Of a stretch of 64,000 nucleotides of DNA, positions 8,577 to 17,269 are shown in pieces. The stretch spans positions 55,881 through 119,880 of the forward strand of contig JACKDJ010000008.1 in NCBI GenBank assembly GCA_020633625.1, written 5' to 3'. The translations under genes and the position numbers were made by a program. Origin of the DNA: Myxococcales bacterium (GTDB taxonomy: Bacteria > Myxococcota_A > Bradymonadia > REDH01). Below the pieces are notes generated by a model. It did not search any database. It was given only the letters and a program-made list of their open reading frames with translations, and was not told the origin of the DNA. Positions within the stretch are counted from its first letter, which is position 1, and each line of letters begins with the position of its first letter.

Positions 8577-9446
8577 CTACGGCTCCGCGAGCGGCGTCAC
8601 GTAGCACGCCGAGCTCTCGCCCGACGTGACGCATCCGAGCCCGTTGTCGCAGTCATCCGCGGTCTCGCAGCTCGCGAGGCAGACGTGCTCGCCCGCTGCG
8701 TCGGTCACGCAGACGCCGCCGGTGCCGCAGTCGCCATCGGCGCGGCACGGCGCCGAGCAGATCCCCGCGTACCCCTGCTCGTTCGCAGACACCGCGAGAC
8801 AGACCAGACCCGAGCACTCGGCGCCATCGGCGCAGGCCACCTGGAACGCGCTGCGTTCGAGCGTCCCGGTGCACACCTCGTTCGCACACCGGCTGCCATC
8901 TGCGACGCAGTCGGGCGTGTTTGTGCAGGCTCCCCCGCGCTCGACCAGGCCGAGCGTGACCGGCACGCAGACGTCGAGCCCCAGAGCCGTCGACATGTTG
9001 TCGAGCGTGTCGCACTCGACGTTTTGCAGCGCCGCGAGGCACACGGCCGCGTCTTCGGCAGAGTACGTCTGCCGCCCCTCCGAGACGCTGACCATCGTTC
9101 GAGTCTGGCACGAGACGTCGAAGTTCGGCGCGCACGTCGCCGCCGTCATCTGAAACAGCTCCTCCGCTCGCGCGAGGTCGGCCTCGCCGAAGCAGCGGTA
9201 CATCCAGTCGCACATCAGCTGCGTCGACTCGCGACACCAGGTGCGCAGCGTCACCTCCGATGGCGCGGCGTCGGCGTCGGTCTGCGCGTCACTGTCGGCG
9301 CTGCCATCCGGCGCCGCATCGGCGCCAGCGTCCGACGCGTCGGCCTGCGCCGCGTCAGACCCGTCTGGCGCGGCGTCTCCGCCACACGAGGCCGACAACA
9401 GAGCGGCGAGGAGGGCGGCGGGCTGGACGAGTTGGCGCTTGAACAT
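8577..9446 (-). CDS. Cys-rich secreted lipoprotein (hypothetical)
   Basis: Signal peptide plus lipobox (LLAALLSASC), an Asp/Ala-rich linker, then about 24 Cys in repeated C-x-C contexts. Confidence 0.8.
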   Translation of the reverse strand: MFKRQLVQPAALLAALLSASCGGDAAPDGSDAAQADASDAGADAAPDGSADSDAQTDADAAPSEVTLRTWCRESTQLMCDWMYRCFGEADLARAEELFQMTAATCAPNFDVSCQTRTMVSVSEGRQTYSAEDAAVCLAALQNVECDTLDNMSTALGLDVCVPVTLGLVERGGACTNTPDCVADGSRCANEVCTGTLERSAFQVACADGAECSGLVCLAVSANEQGYAGICSAPCRADGDCGTGGVCVTDAAGEHVCLASCETADDCDNGLGCVTSGESSACYVTPLAEP

Positions 9447-9531
9447 AGGCCGTTCGTGGATCGAGCTGGGTGGACGGATCGGCTCAGGATTGGCGCAGGA
9501 TTGGCGCGGCGACGCCGGTTCGAGCGGCCGC

Positions 9532-10359
9532 CTAGAGGCGCGCCTTCATCGCGGCGTACTCGGCCTCGTTCTCGCGCGTGGGCAGGTCGGACCGGCCACG
9601 CATCATCGCCTGGATCGCCGCCACGCGGTTCTCCGGGTTCGGGTGCGTCGACAGGAACTCGGGCGGATGTGCGCCTCCGCTGAGCTTGGTGAAGAAGTCG
9701 ACGAAGCCCTGCGGCGAGTAGCCCGCGCGCACGAGGTAGCCGAAGCCGACGCGATCGGCCTCCGACTCGGCCTCGCGGCTGTAGCGCAGCATCACGCCCT
9801 GCTGCACGACCTGCGACGCGATCTGCGCGACCAGACCCGGGTCGCGCCCCAGCGCCATCGCCGTCGCCGCCTCGAGCCCGTACGCGGCGACCAGCCGCTC
9901 CGCGACATGCCGTTGCGTCACGTGCGACACCTCGTGCGACAGCACCGCCATCAGCTCTGCCTCTGTGTCGGCCGTCTGCATCAGCCCCGAGTACACGTAG
10001 ACGAACCCACCCGGGATCGCGAACGCGTTCACGGTCTCGTCGTCGTCGACCAGCACGAAGCTGAAGGTGATCGCAGGGTCGCGGTCAGAGGCGACCGCTA
10101 CGACCTGCGCGCCGAGCCGCGCGACGTAGGCCTGCAGCTCTGCGTCCGGGTGCATCGTCAGCTCCGAGCGCAGCTCGGTGTCGAGCTCGACGCCGAGGGC
10201 GATCTCCTGGTCGACCGGCAGCAGCACGCTGGCTGCGATGTTCTCGGCCGCTCCAACCGCGGTCTGAACGCCGGAGCACGCGAAGAGCCACAGCGAGGCG
10301 GCGGCGAACGCGACGAAGACGCGGCGACGGGTCGCGGGGGGCAGGGTGGGGGAGGGCAT
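9532..10359 (-). CDS. M48-family zinc metallopeptidase (exported)
   Basis: HEVSHV (HExxH) motif, FAIPGGFVYVYSGL, ESEADRVG. N-terminal signal sequence. Confidence 0.9.
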   Translation of the reverse strand: MPSPTLPPATRRRVFVAFAAASLWLFACSGVQTAVGAAENIAASVLLPVDQEIALGVELDTELRSELTMHPDAELQAYVARLGAQVVAVASDRDPAITFSFVLVDDDETVNAFAIPGGFVYVYSGLMQTADTEAELMAVLSHEVSHVTQRHVAERLVAAYGLEAATAMALGRDPGLVAQIASQVVQQGVMLRYSREAESEADRVGFGYLVRAGYSPQGFVDFFTKLSGGAHPPEFLSTHPNPENRVAAIQAMMRGRSDLPTRENEAEYAAMKARL

Positions 10360-10425
10360 CCAGAGGCTCCAATCGATAGGTTCGCGTCAACGGACGCTCC
10401 CCTGCGTTCGCACTGCAAAGCGGTT

Positions 10426-10451
10426 GGCGCAAGTCGAACGTTCGCGCGACG
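10426..10451 (+). repeat. Left copy of the 26-nt direct repeat bounding the island
   Basis: ggcgcaagtcgaacgTtcgcgcgacg. The right copy at 18382-18407 differs at a single position (T/C). Confidence 0.85.
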
Positions 10452-11136
10452 GCAGCCGGCGGGTTCAGCGCGAGCTGCTCGACGCCGGCGCGAAGTGCAG
10501 CCGGACGCGCGACGTCTCTGCTATGCGGCGCCAGACCCTCATTCCCCGGGCCCGCAAGCGCTTCAAGGCCACCACGGACTCGCGGCACACCCTGGGGGTC
10601 GCCCCGAATCTTCTTGACCGCGCGTTCCAGGCGGCCGGGCCGAACCATGCGTAGGTAGGCGACATCACGTACATCTGGACTCGGCAAGGATGGCTCGACC
10701 TCGCCGTTCGCCTCGATCTCCACTCCCGTCGCGTCGTTGGTTGGGCCACTCCGGCCCTGAACGACCGTCACCTGGTTCTCGCCGCCCTTCGGATGGCACT
10801 CGGTACCCGGCGCCCGCCGCCAAGCCTGCTCAACCACACCGACGGCGGGAGCCAGTACGCGAGCGGCGATTATCAGAGTACGCTCACCCGTGCGGGCCTC
10901 GTGTGCAGCATGAGCCGCGAGGGGAACTGCTGGACAACGCTCCTGCCGAGAGCTTCTTCGCCTCTCTCAAGGTCGAGGAGATCGCCCATCGCGACTTCGA
11001 CACACGAGACCAAGGACGGCTCGCAATCCTCGAGTACCTCCGCTGGTACAACGCCCATCGCCGTCACTCCACACTCGGCAACCTCTCACCCGCTCGCTTC
11101 GAAGCCCTCACATCACCTGCCCACATCGCCGCGTGA
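10426..11136 (+). pseudogene. IS3-family transposase OrfB remnant (5'-truncated, in-frame stop plus frameshifts)
   Basis: Three frames concatenate to ERSRDGSRRVQRELLDAGAKCSRTR...RFKATTDSRHTLGVAPNLLDRAFQAAGPNHA*VGDITYIWT...LLNHTDGGSQYASGDYQSTLTRAGLVCSMSREGNCW/DNAPAESFFASLKVEE...YLRWYNAHRRHSTLGNLSPARFE. This is a classical rve/DDE core. There is no OrfA. Confidence 0.85.
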
Positions 11137-11198
11137 CCTCTCGTCCACTGTCCGAATTCCTTGAGCCACCCCACTGCCACTGGACGGCGGTACGCGAG

Positions 11199-11535
11199 AC
11201 CCGCAGCAACGTCGGCACCGCGCTGTCCAACGCCCTGCGCGGCATGGTTGCGGAAGAGAAGGACACCCCGCCCGAGGAGGACGAGGACCGCGGGAGGGCC
11301 GCGCTGACCGAGTTCTTCCATGAGGTCGAAGGGGACGAGACCCCCGTGGTCGTGACGCGCGTAGTCGACGCCATCGACGAGATCGTCCGCGTCGTCGTTT
11401 CCCGGCTGGCAGCCGACCTGGGCAGGCGACCGCGAGGTGAAGAAGGTAGTCCGCGGAAGGCGGTTCAGGTACAGGCTCCACTCCGACAAGGAACTCTTCG
11501 AGAAGGCGTACGGCTACATCGTGCAGTACTACTGA
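11199..11535 (+). pseudogene. hsdR: 3' remnant of a type I restriction enzyme R subunit gene (hsdR C-terminal domain), frameshifted
   Basis: ...ALRGMVAEEKD...ALTEFFHEVEGDETPVVVTRVVDAIDEIVRVV, then a 1-nt frame change near 11397, then FPGWQPTWAGDREVKKVVRGRRFRYRLHSDKELFEKAYGYIVQYY* (stop at 11533-11535). This matches my recollection of the HsdR C-terminal tail (...FxGWQ...ERxVKKxL...LHxDxxLFxKAYxYIxxYY). Not verified by search. Confidence 0.6.
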
Positions 11536-11545
11536 GAGAGGCCGG

Positions 11546-13204
11546 ATGGGCGAAGACGCACAGTACCTCTTCTACGTTGGTGATGCGCTGCCTCCGAACC
11601 AGTCCGTTCCCTGGTTCAGACTGCAGCCTGACCACTGGGATGACTTCGGACAACAGACGCTCTTTCATCTAACACTGACGCTCCCGGACGAGGACGTCAC
11701 GGTAGCCGTCGGCAAAGTGAAGATTCTCAGCCGGGAGCCGCCCGACGAGGAGGCTGGGGTCCGAAGATCAGCGACGATGCTCCCTCGGGCATTCAACGAA
11801 CTCTCGTCGCAGGAGTTCTGTTCACTCGGTCAAACCTCCACATACTACTTCGCTCTCGCTGGCTTGGCTAGGCACGAGACAGCGCCGATCACTGCGTCGC
11901 AGGTCGTAGAGGCGTTGGCAGATGTCGGATTCGTCGACCCTGACGATGGATGGTGGCTCGGCGACGACCGCTACCAGTCTTCCCTCCTCCGATTCGCTAC
12001 GGCCTACGCTGCTCGCCGCGACGCCGCTGCCCTTCTACGGGGTGAGAGTCCGACGTCCGACGACTCCGCGTCGCTGCCACTGCCGAACGTGTTGACCCAC
12101 GTGGTGAAGCCGCCGGCGTACGACTTTCGTTTCGACGCGACGACGCGGCTTCCGGGGCGGGTGAATGTCCTGGTTGGCAGGAACGGGTCAGGGAAAACGA
12201 CGCTGCTTGCGGATCTCGCGGATGACTTGGCCCGGACCCTCCACCGGGGCGCGGCGTGGCACCGGTACCTGCCCGAGTTCACGAAGGTGATCTTCGTGTC
12301 CAACACGCTGCTCGATGCAGACCGCCTCGCGTATCTCGTCCGGGACACCAGCCGGAGATACGAAATCGCTTTCATCGGTCTCGCTGCGAACTCGCGGGTC
12401 CCACTCGACGCAGCCATCCAAACTTTGTTGGACCGAGCGGAGTCAGGTGAACCGTGGGCTGAGGTCCTTGCGGAGGTCTTCCCGGATCCTGCTGCCTTGG
12501 AGGGCTTGTTGCCGGCGAAGAACGAGAGCGCGCTCGTGGCAACATTGGTGAACGCTCTTGAGGCGGTCAGCGGAGACGACGAGTGGAGGCGATTCGCTAA
12601 GGACCACTTCGATGACGAAGGACTGTGGCCGGGACTGGTGGATGAGCCACGACGTACCGTGCTGCATAGGATGAGCGCAGGCCACCGCTCGCTCGCTTTG
12701 GTCTACGCCGGGTTGTTCCGTGAGGTCGATCGTCGCTCCCTGGTGCTTCTCGACGAGCCAGAGAACTTCCTCCATCCGAGCCTCATATCTCGATTCCATC
12801 ACCAGTTGAGCGACCTCCTTGAGCGGAGGAAGGCTTTCGGGATCGTCGCGACCCACTCACCCGTCTTCGTTCAAGAGACCGCTCGCCGTTTCGTGACGGT
12901 TATCGAGCGCGCCGGAGCGACGGACGCGCGTAGCACCCAGGGCCGACGGCGAACGGGAGCTTGGCTCTCTAGGCCGCAGTTCGAAACGTTCGGCGAGAGT
13001 ATCGACAACCTGACCGAGTATCTCTTCGGGGTCGATTTCCGCGCGAGCAATTGGCGTTCGGTGCTCGTCGAACTCGCCAAAGCGGGTTGTACTGACGAGT
13101 ATCTCGCTGAGATGCTTGGCCACAAGCATCGGCTACCTCCACTTGCCCGGACCTTCCTAGAACTCGCCCGTGCTCGGCACGCCGATAAGGTCAACGACTC
13201 ATGA
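11546..13204 (+). CDS. ABC/SMC-type (AAA_15/21-like) ATPase with an unassigned N-terminal domain of about 200 aa; PtuA-like
   Basis: Walker A GRNGSGKT (aa 211-218, nt 12176-12199). Signature-like MSAGHRSL (aa 376-383). Walker B LVLLDEPENFLHP (aa 399-411). H-loop ATHSP. Starts 10 nt after the hsdR-remnant stop. Confidence 0.85.
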   Translation: MGEDAQYLFYVGDALPPNQSVPWFRLQPDHWDDFGQQTLFHLTLTLPDEDVTVAVGKVKILSREPPDEEAGVRRSATMLPRAFNELSSQEFCSLGQTSTYYFALAGLARHETAPITASQVVEALADVGFVDPDDGWWLGDDRYQSSLLRFATAYAARRDAAALLRGESPTSDDSASLPLPNVLTHVVKPPAYDFRFDATTRLPGRVNVLVGRNGSGKTTLLADLADDLARTLHRGAAWHRYLPEFTKVIFVSNTLLDADRLAYLVRDTSRRYEIAFIGLAANSRVPLDAAIQTLLDRAESGEPWAEVLAEVFPDPAALEGLLPAKNESALVATLVNALEAVSGDDEWRRFAKDHFDDEGLWPGLVDEPRRTVLHRMSAGHRSLALVYAGLFREVDRRSLVLLDEPENFLHPSLISRFHHQLSDLLERRKAFGIVATHSPVFVQETARRFVTVIERAGATDARSTQGRRRTGAWLSRPQFETFGESIDNLTEYLFGVDFRASNWRSVLVELAKAGCTDEYLAEMLGHKHRLPPLARTFLELARARHADKVNDS

Positions 13205-14052
13205 TCAGGCTTGGGGCACCGGTTGACCTTGTGGACCCGGCCCCGTCGCAGGCCGCCTGGGCGGCGATGGTGCGGCGTCGGAAAGGACAGCCGCGAACAC
13301 GGTTGCAGGCCATTGCAGGCACGGTTGGCGCTCGATTCCAGGCCTACCTGGCTGCGCAAGGGGACTTCACTCAGTTCGCGGCGAGCACGTGGCGCCACAA
13401 CGATGGCGCAGTCGGTACGGACCTATATGAGTGCTATCGCTCAGGGCAGAGCATTGACGCAGCCGTCGTAACGTCAGCGCGCAGTGTGCAGGTCGGCTAC
13501 TGCCCGTATTGCGGCATCCGCTTGGGCCGGAAGGCCTTTGACCGCAAAGACCCTTGTGACCACCACCTGCCGCGGTCGGTGTTCCCCGAGTTCAGCGTGT
13601 TCGCGCCGAACCTCGTTACGGCGTGTTCCTCCTGCAACGACACCAAGAACGACGACTATCAGTCGCCCGCGGGCACACGCCTGTTCTTGCACCCCTACTT
13701 CGACGATTGCCTACGGGAGCAGCTTGTCGCAGCCACGGTGGAACCTGTCGACGGTGGCACGCCGCTCGTACGTTTTCACGTCGTCTTTCCGACGCGGAGA
13801 GCCGAGGCGCCACTCGTCTACGCGCACATCGCTAAGCTCGATGTCCTTGCTCAGCTGGAAAATGAGGCTACCGCTCAACTACAAGCCCACCTCAAGGTCT
13901 GTGACGAAGATGCGGCAAGAGCCGCTAGGGCGCTCCGGGCAGCGGCCCAATCTGACCTTGCTGGTCGGCCCAACGACCCAGTGGCTCACGCGCAGCTGGC
14001 AGCGTCGGAGTCGCCTTACTTGGCCGAGATGATAGTGGCGTGCCGTCGGTGA
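13201..14052 (+). CDS. HNH endonuclease, PtuB-like
   Basis: ATGA overlap with the ATPase gene. HNH core CPYCG...DHHLPRSVFPEF...NLVTACSSCNDTKND (nt 13501-13650). Confidence 0.85.
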   Translation: MIRLGAPVDLVDPAPSQAAWAAMVRRRKGQPRTRLQAIAGTVGARFQAYLAAQGDFTQFAASTWRHNDGAVGTDLYECYRSGQSIDAAVVTSARSVQVGYCPYCGIRLGRKAFDRKDPCDHHLPRSVFPEFSVFAPNLVTACSSCNDTKNDDYQSPAGTRLFLHPYFDDCLREQLVAATVEPVDGGTPLVRFHVVFPTRRAEAPLVYAHIAKLDVLAQLENEATAQLQAHLKVCDEDAARAARALRAAAQSDLAGRPNDPVAHAQLAASESPYLAEMIVACRR

Positions 14053-14357
14053 GCGCGCCCTGACCTATGCAGCCGACCAGCCCACCGCCAATGCCATCTC
14101 GGCTGCGTCCTGGGGACGTGATCCTCATTTCCCGATCCAGGTGCTACGGGAGGCCGACCCTGGAGCACACGACGTCCCTCCCGACCTGGGATGCGCGTTT
14201 GGTGCCACGGGGACTGGCCGTTTCGGCAGAAGCTGTACCTGAACGCATAGCGCGCCGGAGGTGTCGCTCGAGAGTGGCGGGGACGTGTCGTCTCAGCGTG
14301 GCACCCGATTCGTCGGCTTGGTCTTGCGCTCTGATGCGCGTTGCCCGACGGCTTTCA

Positions 14358-14392
14358 TCGCGACTCGCGACTCGCGACTCGCGACTCGCGAC
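14358..14392 (+). repeat. Heptanucleotide microsatellite (TCGCGAC)x5
   Basis: Five perfect tandem copies inside the 420-nt non-coding spacer between the convergent HNH gene and the nuclease operon. Confidence 0.9.
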
Positions 14393-14473
14393 GCCGACCA
14401 CGATGACACGGTCGATGGACCAGCCCCTCCGATGGGCCGACCCGCGGTGTGTCGTGCGAGCCGGTATCGCCGG

Positions 14474-15391
14474 CTAGCCGGGCCACGGGTCGGTGAAGCG
14501 GACGGCGTCCGGCCCTGCGCGTTCGAACCGCGCAACCCGGAACTCGAGGCCGTCGTCGGCGAGGCGTTCGTTAAGCCACGTGAGAGGTGACCGTTCGAGC
14601 GCGAACACCAAGGGGTGCAGCTCCTCGGCGAGCAGCCACATGACGGTGCGCTCCGCATTCCGAGCAGCACGGGCCCCGTCCCACTCCTCGGACCACGCCG
14701 CCGTCGGGTGCTCCGCGAAGCGTCGCAGGAGCTGCGCGTAGGTGAACGCCTCGGGGAGGATGCCCACGGTCGCATTGCCCTGGACCTTGAGCTCGACGAG
14801 GTGGAGCGTGCGCGACGCCTCATCGAACGACCAAAGGTCCGCCTGCGCGCCGTTGCCGGGGAAGAGGCGCGTATCCCTGGACTTCACGCCGTCGAAGAGC
14901 CCCAGCGGGAACTGCCGCTGCAGCGGCCCCATCGGGGTGTTCGCGTGCCCGGTGAGCAACACCTCCATCTGGTGCTCGGCAGTGCCTGCGTCGCCCGACG
15001 CCGCTCGTGGCCCAAGGGGCGCGTTCATGACCGCACCGTCAGGGATGCGCCAGGGCGCGATGCCTTCGACGCGGACGCGATCCCCGAGGGCACTGGAGAG
15101 TTCGGTCAGCATGAACCGGGCGCGCCTGGCGTGGGGGCCGTCCGGCACCGGGCCGTCGATCTCGATGACCGTGTTCAGGCGCTCGCCTCCCGCGACCTCG
15201 AACCAGTAGCACAGAGCCAACGCGTACCAGGGGACCGACGGGCCCAGGGTCTGGATGTTCTTGCCAACCGCGGTTCCCGGCAGCCGGGCGTGCAGCTCAT
15301 CTCCCCGCAACGTCCACTCCGCGGCGCTGGGCAACCGGATGCTCTGCCGGCTGAGGTGGCGGCGAACAGTCTTCAAGACGACGTCGATCAT
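14474..15391 (-). CDS. Hypothetical protein with a PD-(D/E)xK nuclease-like motif (operon gene 3)
   Basis: ATG at 15391 overlaps the upstream stop as ATGA. Motif, numbered from that ATG: E143 (HQMEVLL), D185 (QADLW), E200-x-K202 (LHLVELKV), followed by Q. No family name assigned. Confidence 0.65.
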   Translation of the reverse strand: MIDVVLKTVRRHLSRQSIRLPSAAEWTLRGDELHARLPGTAVGKNIQTLGPSVPWYALALCYWFEVAGGERLNTVIEIDGPVPDGPHARRARFMLTELSSALGDRVRVEGIAPWRIPDGAVMNAPLGPRAASGDAGTAEHQMEVLLTGHANTPMGPLQRQFPLGLFDGVKSRDTRLFPGNGAQADLWSFDEASRTLHLVELKVQGNATVGILPEAFTYAQLLRRFAEHPTAAWSEEWDGARAARNAERTVMWLLAEELHPLVFALERSPLTWLNERLADDGLEFRVARFERAGPDAVRFTDPWPG

Positions 15392-16389
15392 AGTCCGTAG
15401 CGCTCCCGCATGTAGCTTGCCCACAGGGGCCACGCGTCGTCACCGGCGCGAATCATCTGGCCCGCCGGCAAGCTCACGATCCGCCCGGAGTCTGCGACGG
15501 TGGTGCGGTAGTGCTCCCAGTGGGGGAGCACGTCGGGGTTGTCATCGTGGTGAACGAGAACCAGCCACGCCTCGTCGATGCCGCCGTCCGCTTCCAGAGC
15601 GAGCGCGAGAGCGTGTTGGCGCATCGGTTGTTGGCGGTCGCCTGCGAACGGACAGGGACCATCGGAGCTGCCGGGGAAGGCCTGCGCGACCGATCCGAAG
15701 GCCCGGTCGAAGATCTCCCAGTACCGGCGGTTCCGTGCCTTCCCATAGGGCCGGGTCAGGTAGCACGCGGTCGGCTCCGCCAAGAACGTGGCGGCCGATT
15801 CGCACACATCTCGCCGTCGGTTCCCGCGACTCTCCCGCCCCCCACATGGCGTGAAGCCGCCTTCCGAGAGTTTCACCTCCAGGAGAATAGCGACCGAGCG
15901 GCTGTCGGCGCGAGTTCCCCAGACGACCGCGTCGATGGCGCTCGAGGACTCGTCCTCTCTGGGCGAATCTCCGTCGATCTCCGCCAGGTACCGTCCCGGT
16001 GGCACCCACTCGATGTCGACGCGATCGACACGTACGTCATCGAATCGGGCGCCCAACGCCGCAACGACCCACGACCCGGCGTCCGGGGGTAGGAAGAGGT
16101 TGAACGCGAAGACCATCGAGCTGTGCAACGCCGCGGCGTGCGAATGCAGCCGGATCCCCTTCTCCGCGACCAGGTTGAGGGCCCGCTCGCGGAGCTCGGG
16201 GTGCACGCCGTCGGTCCAATGATCCCACAGCGGCGAAACCCGCACGCTTGGGTCATCGTGCTCCGCCCGAGCCCGGTAGCGAAGGCAGTGTCCGAGGAGT
16301 TGGCGGGCGAAGGCCGTCGGTTCGAACCCCGCTCTACCGCGTCTCCTCGTGCCACGCGGCCGACTGCCAGCGCCGGAGTCGCGAGGCAC
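15388..16389 (-). CDS. Hypothetical protein with a PD-(D/E)xK nuclease-like motif (operon gene 2)
   Basis: HSSMVFAFNLF, DIEW, then D153 (AIDAVVW), E171-x-K173 (ILLEVKLSEGGF). Start is uncertain. GTG at 16389 overlaps the upstream stop by 1 nt, and GTG at 16245 is an alternative. The first 48 aa are Arg-rich. Confidence 0.65.
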   Translation of the reverse strand: MPRDSGAGSRPRGTRRRGRAGFEPTAFARQLLGHCLRYRARAEHDDPSVRVSPLWDHWTDGVHPELRERALNLVAEKGIRLHSHAAALHSSMVFAFNLFLPPDAGSWVVAALGARFDDVRVDRVDIEWVPPGRYLAEIDGDSPREDESSSAIDAVVWGTRADSRSVAILLEVKLSEGGFTPCGGRESRGNRRRDVCESAATFLAEPTACYLTRPYGKARNRRYWEIFDRAFGSVAQAFPGSSDGPCPFAGDRQQPMRQHALALALEADGGIDEAWLVLVHHDDNPDVLPHWEHYRTTVADSGRIVSLPAGQMIRAGDDAWPLWASYMRERYGL

Positions 16390-17114
16390 TACCGGCTCCC
16401 AGCGTCCGGCGGAGCCGAGTTCGCGTCCGCCGGACCCTCGGGGAGCGCAAGTACGGCCTGATGGGCCGCGGCCATGACGCGCTCCGCTGCTCGCCGAAAC
16501 CGCCTGGCGCCCATCGCCTCCTCGTCGAAGTCGACCGCGATCGCCGTCCTGCCCTTGACGTCGTCGATCACCTCGTGGGGGAGGGCGTCGCGGCCCAGCC
16601 GCTCCAGTTCCCGCAGAACCGCATCTTTCACGGCGCGTCGAGCGTCATCTTCCGGCGTTCCGTCTCGGCCAAGGATGACCAGGTTCAGTTTCGACACGGT
16701 GATCGCGACCACGCCCTCGGAGAGTGGTGAGACCGGAACGAACGATGCCCGACGCCTCCCCGTGCTGGCCTGGTGGAAGAGGTACCGACCGCCCTTCGCA
16801 CCAGCCTCCGGGTTGTAGCCTTGCCTGTCGTACTTGGGGCCTTGAAGCTGCGACGGATACGCGGACTGAACGGTTCGGACGGCGTCCTCGCCGGCCCGAA
16901 GGAACCGTTGCCCAGGCGCGAGGTCGGTCCGAACCAGGCGCGCGGCGAAGAAAGCGGCGAAGACCGGGACCAGGGCGCCGCTGACGTCCTTCAGTGCGTC
17001 GGCAAGTGTCTCCCCGGAGATCCCGCGATACATCAGCCCCCACGCCACAGCGAACACGACGAGGAGGGCGGCTCCCCACTTCTCGAGCGCTTCTCGAATC
17101 CTCTCTGCGTCCAT
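16389..17114 (-). CDS. Hypothetical membrane protein, 2 predicted TM helices plus a soluble C-terminal domain (operon gene 1)
   Basis: Read from ATG 17114: MDAERIREALEKWGAALLVVFAVAWGLMY...GALVPVFAAFFAARLV, then about 170 aa of non-repetitive sequence. The ORF is open to GTG 17264, and ATG 17150 is also possible. Third-codon G/C is high throughout. Confidence 0.6.
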   Translation of the reverse strand: MDAERIREALEKWGAALLVVFAVAWGLMYRGISGETLADALKDVSGALVPVFAAFFAARLVRTDLAPGQRFLRAGEDAVRTVQSAYPSQLQGPKYDRQGYNPEAGAKGGRYLFHQASTGRRRASFVPVSPLSEGVVAITVSKLNLVILGRDGTPEDDARRAVKDAVLRELERLGRDALPHEVIDDVKGRTAIAVDFDEEAMGARRFRRAAERVMAAAHQAVLALPEGPADANSAPPDAGSR

Positions 17115-17269
17115 CGCCGCTCCCGGTCCATGCCGCGCGTGCCGCAGCATCCGCGCGGCTGCCTCGCCTGTAACACACGCAACGACGCGGATCCCGTGTG
17201 CCGAGCTAAGAGGGCGGCTCAGGACGACTCGGGCACCATCGACTTCCCATCCCGGCTCGACCACTCCTT

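Noticed and set aside
10430-10441. GCAAGTCGAACG, identical to a conserved 16S rRNA 5' segment, inside the 26-nt direct repeat
   Set aside because: Only 12 nt match, with no flanking rRNA similarity. In the left copy it is part of the IS3 transposase reading frame. Coincidence.
10085-10837. 250-aa minus-strand ORF bridging the M48 gene 5' end and the IS3 remnant
   Set aside because: It overlaps the M48 coding region and is antisense to recognisable IS3 OrfB segments. R/P/G-rich shadow frame.
14067-14477. 136-aa ORF (and 85-aa antisense ORF) in the 420-nt spacer
   Set aside because: Ser/Arg/Pro-rich and reads through the heptamer microsatellite (SRLATRDSRLAT). No start context and no motifs. 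Treated as non-coding.
16300-16345. tRNA T-arm-like sequence (minus strand GCGGGGTTCGAACCGAC, translating as GFEPT) near the 5' end of operon gene 2
   Set aside because: The T-stem does not pair (GCGGG against CCGAC). No acceptor or anticodon arms can be drawn. At most it is a degenerate tRNA or att remnant. It does make the GTG 16389 start of gene 2 less certain.
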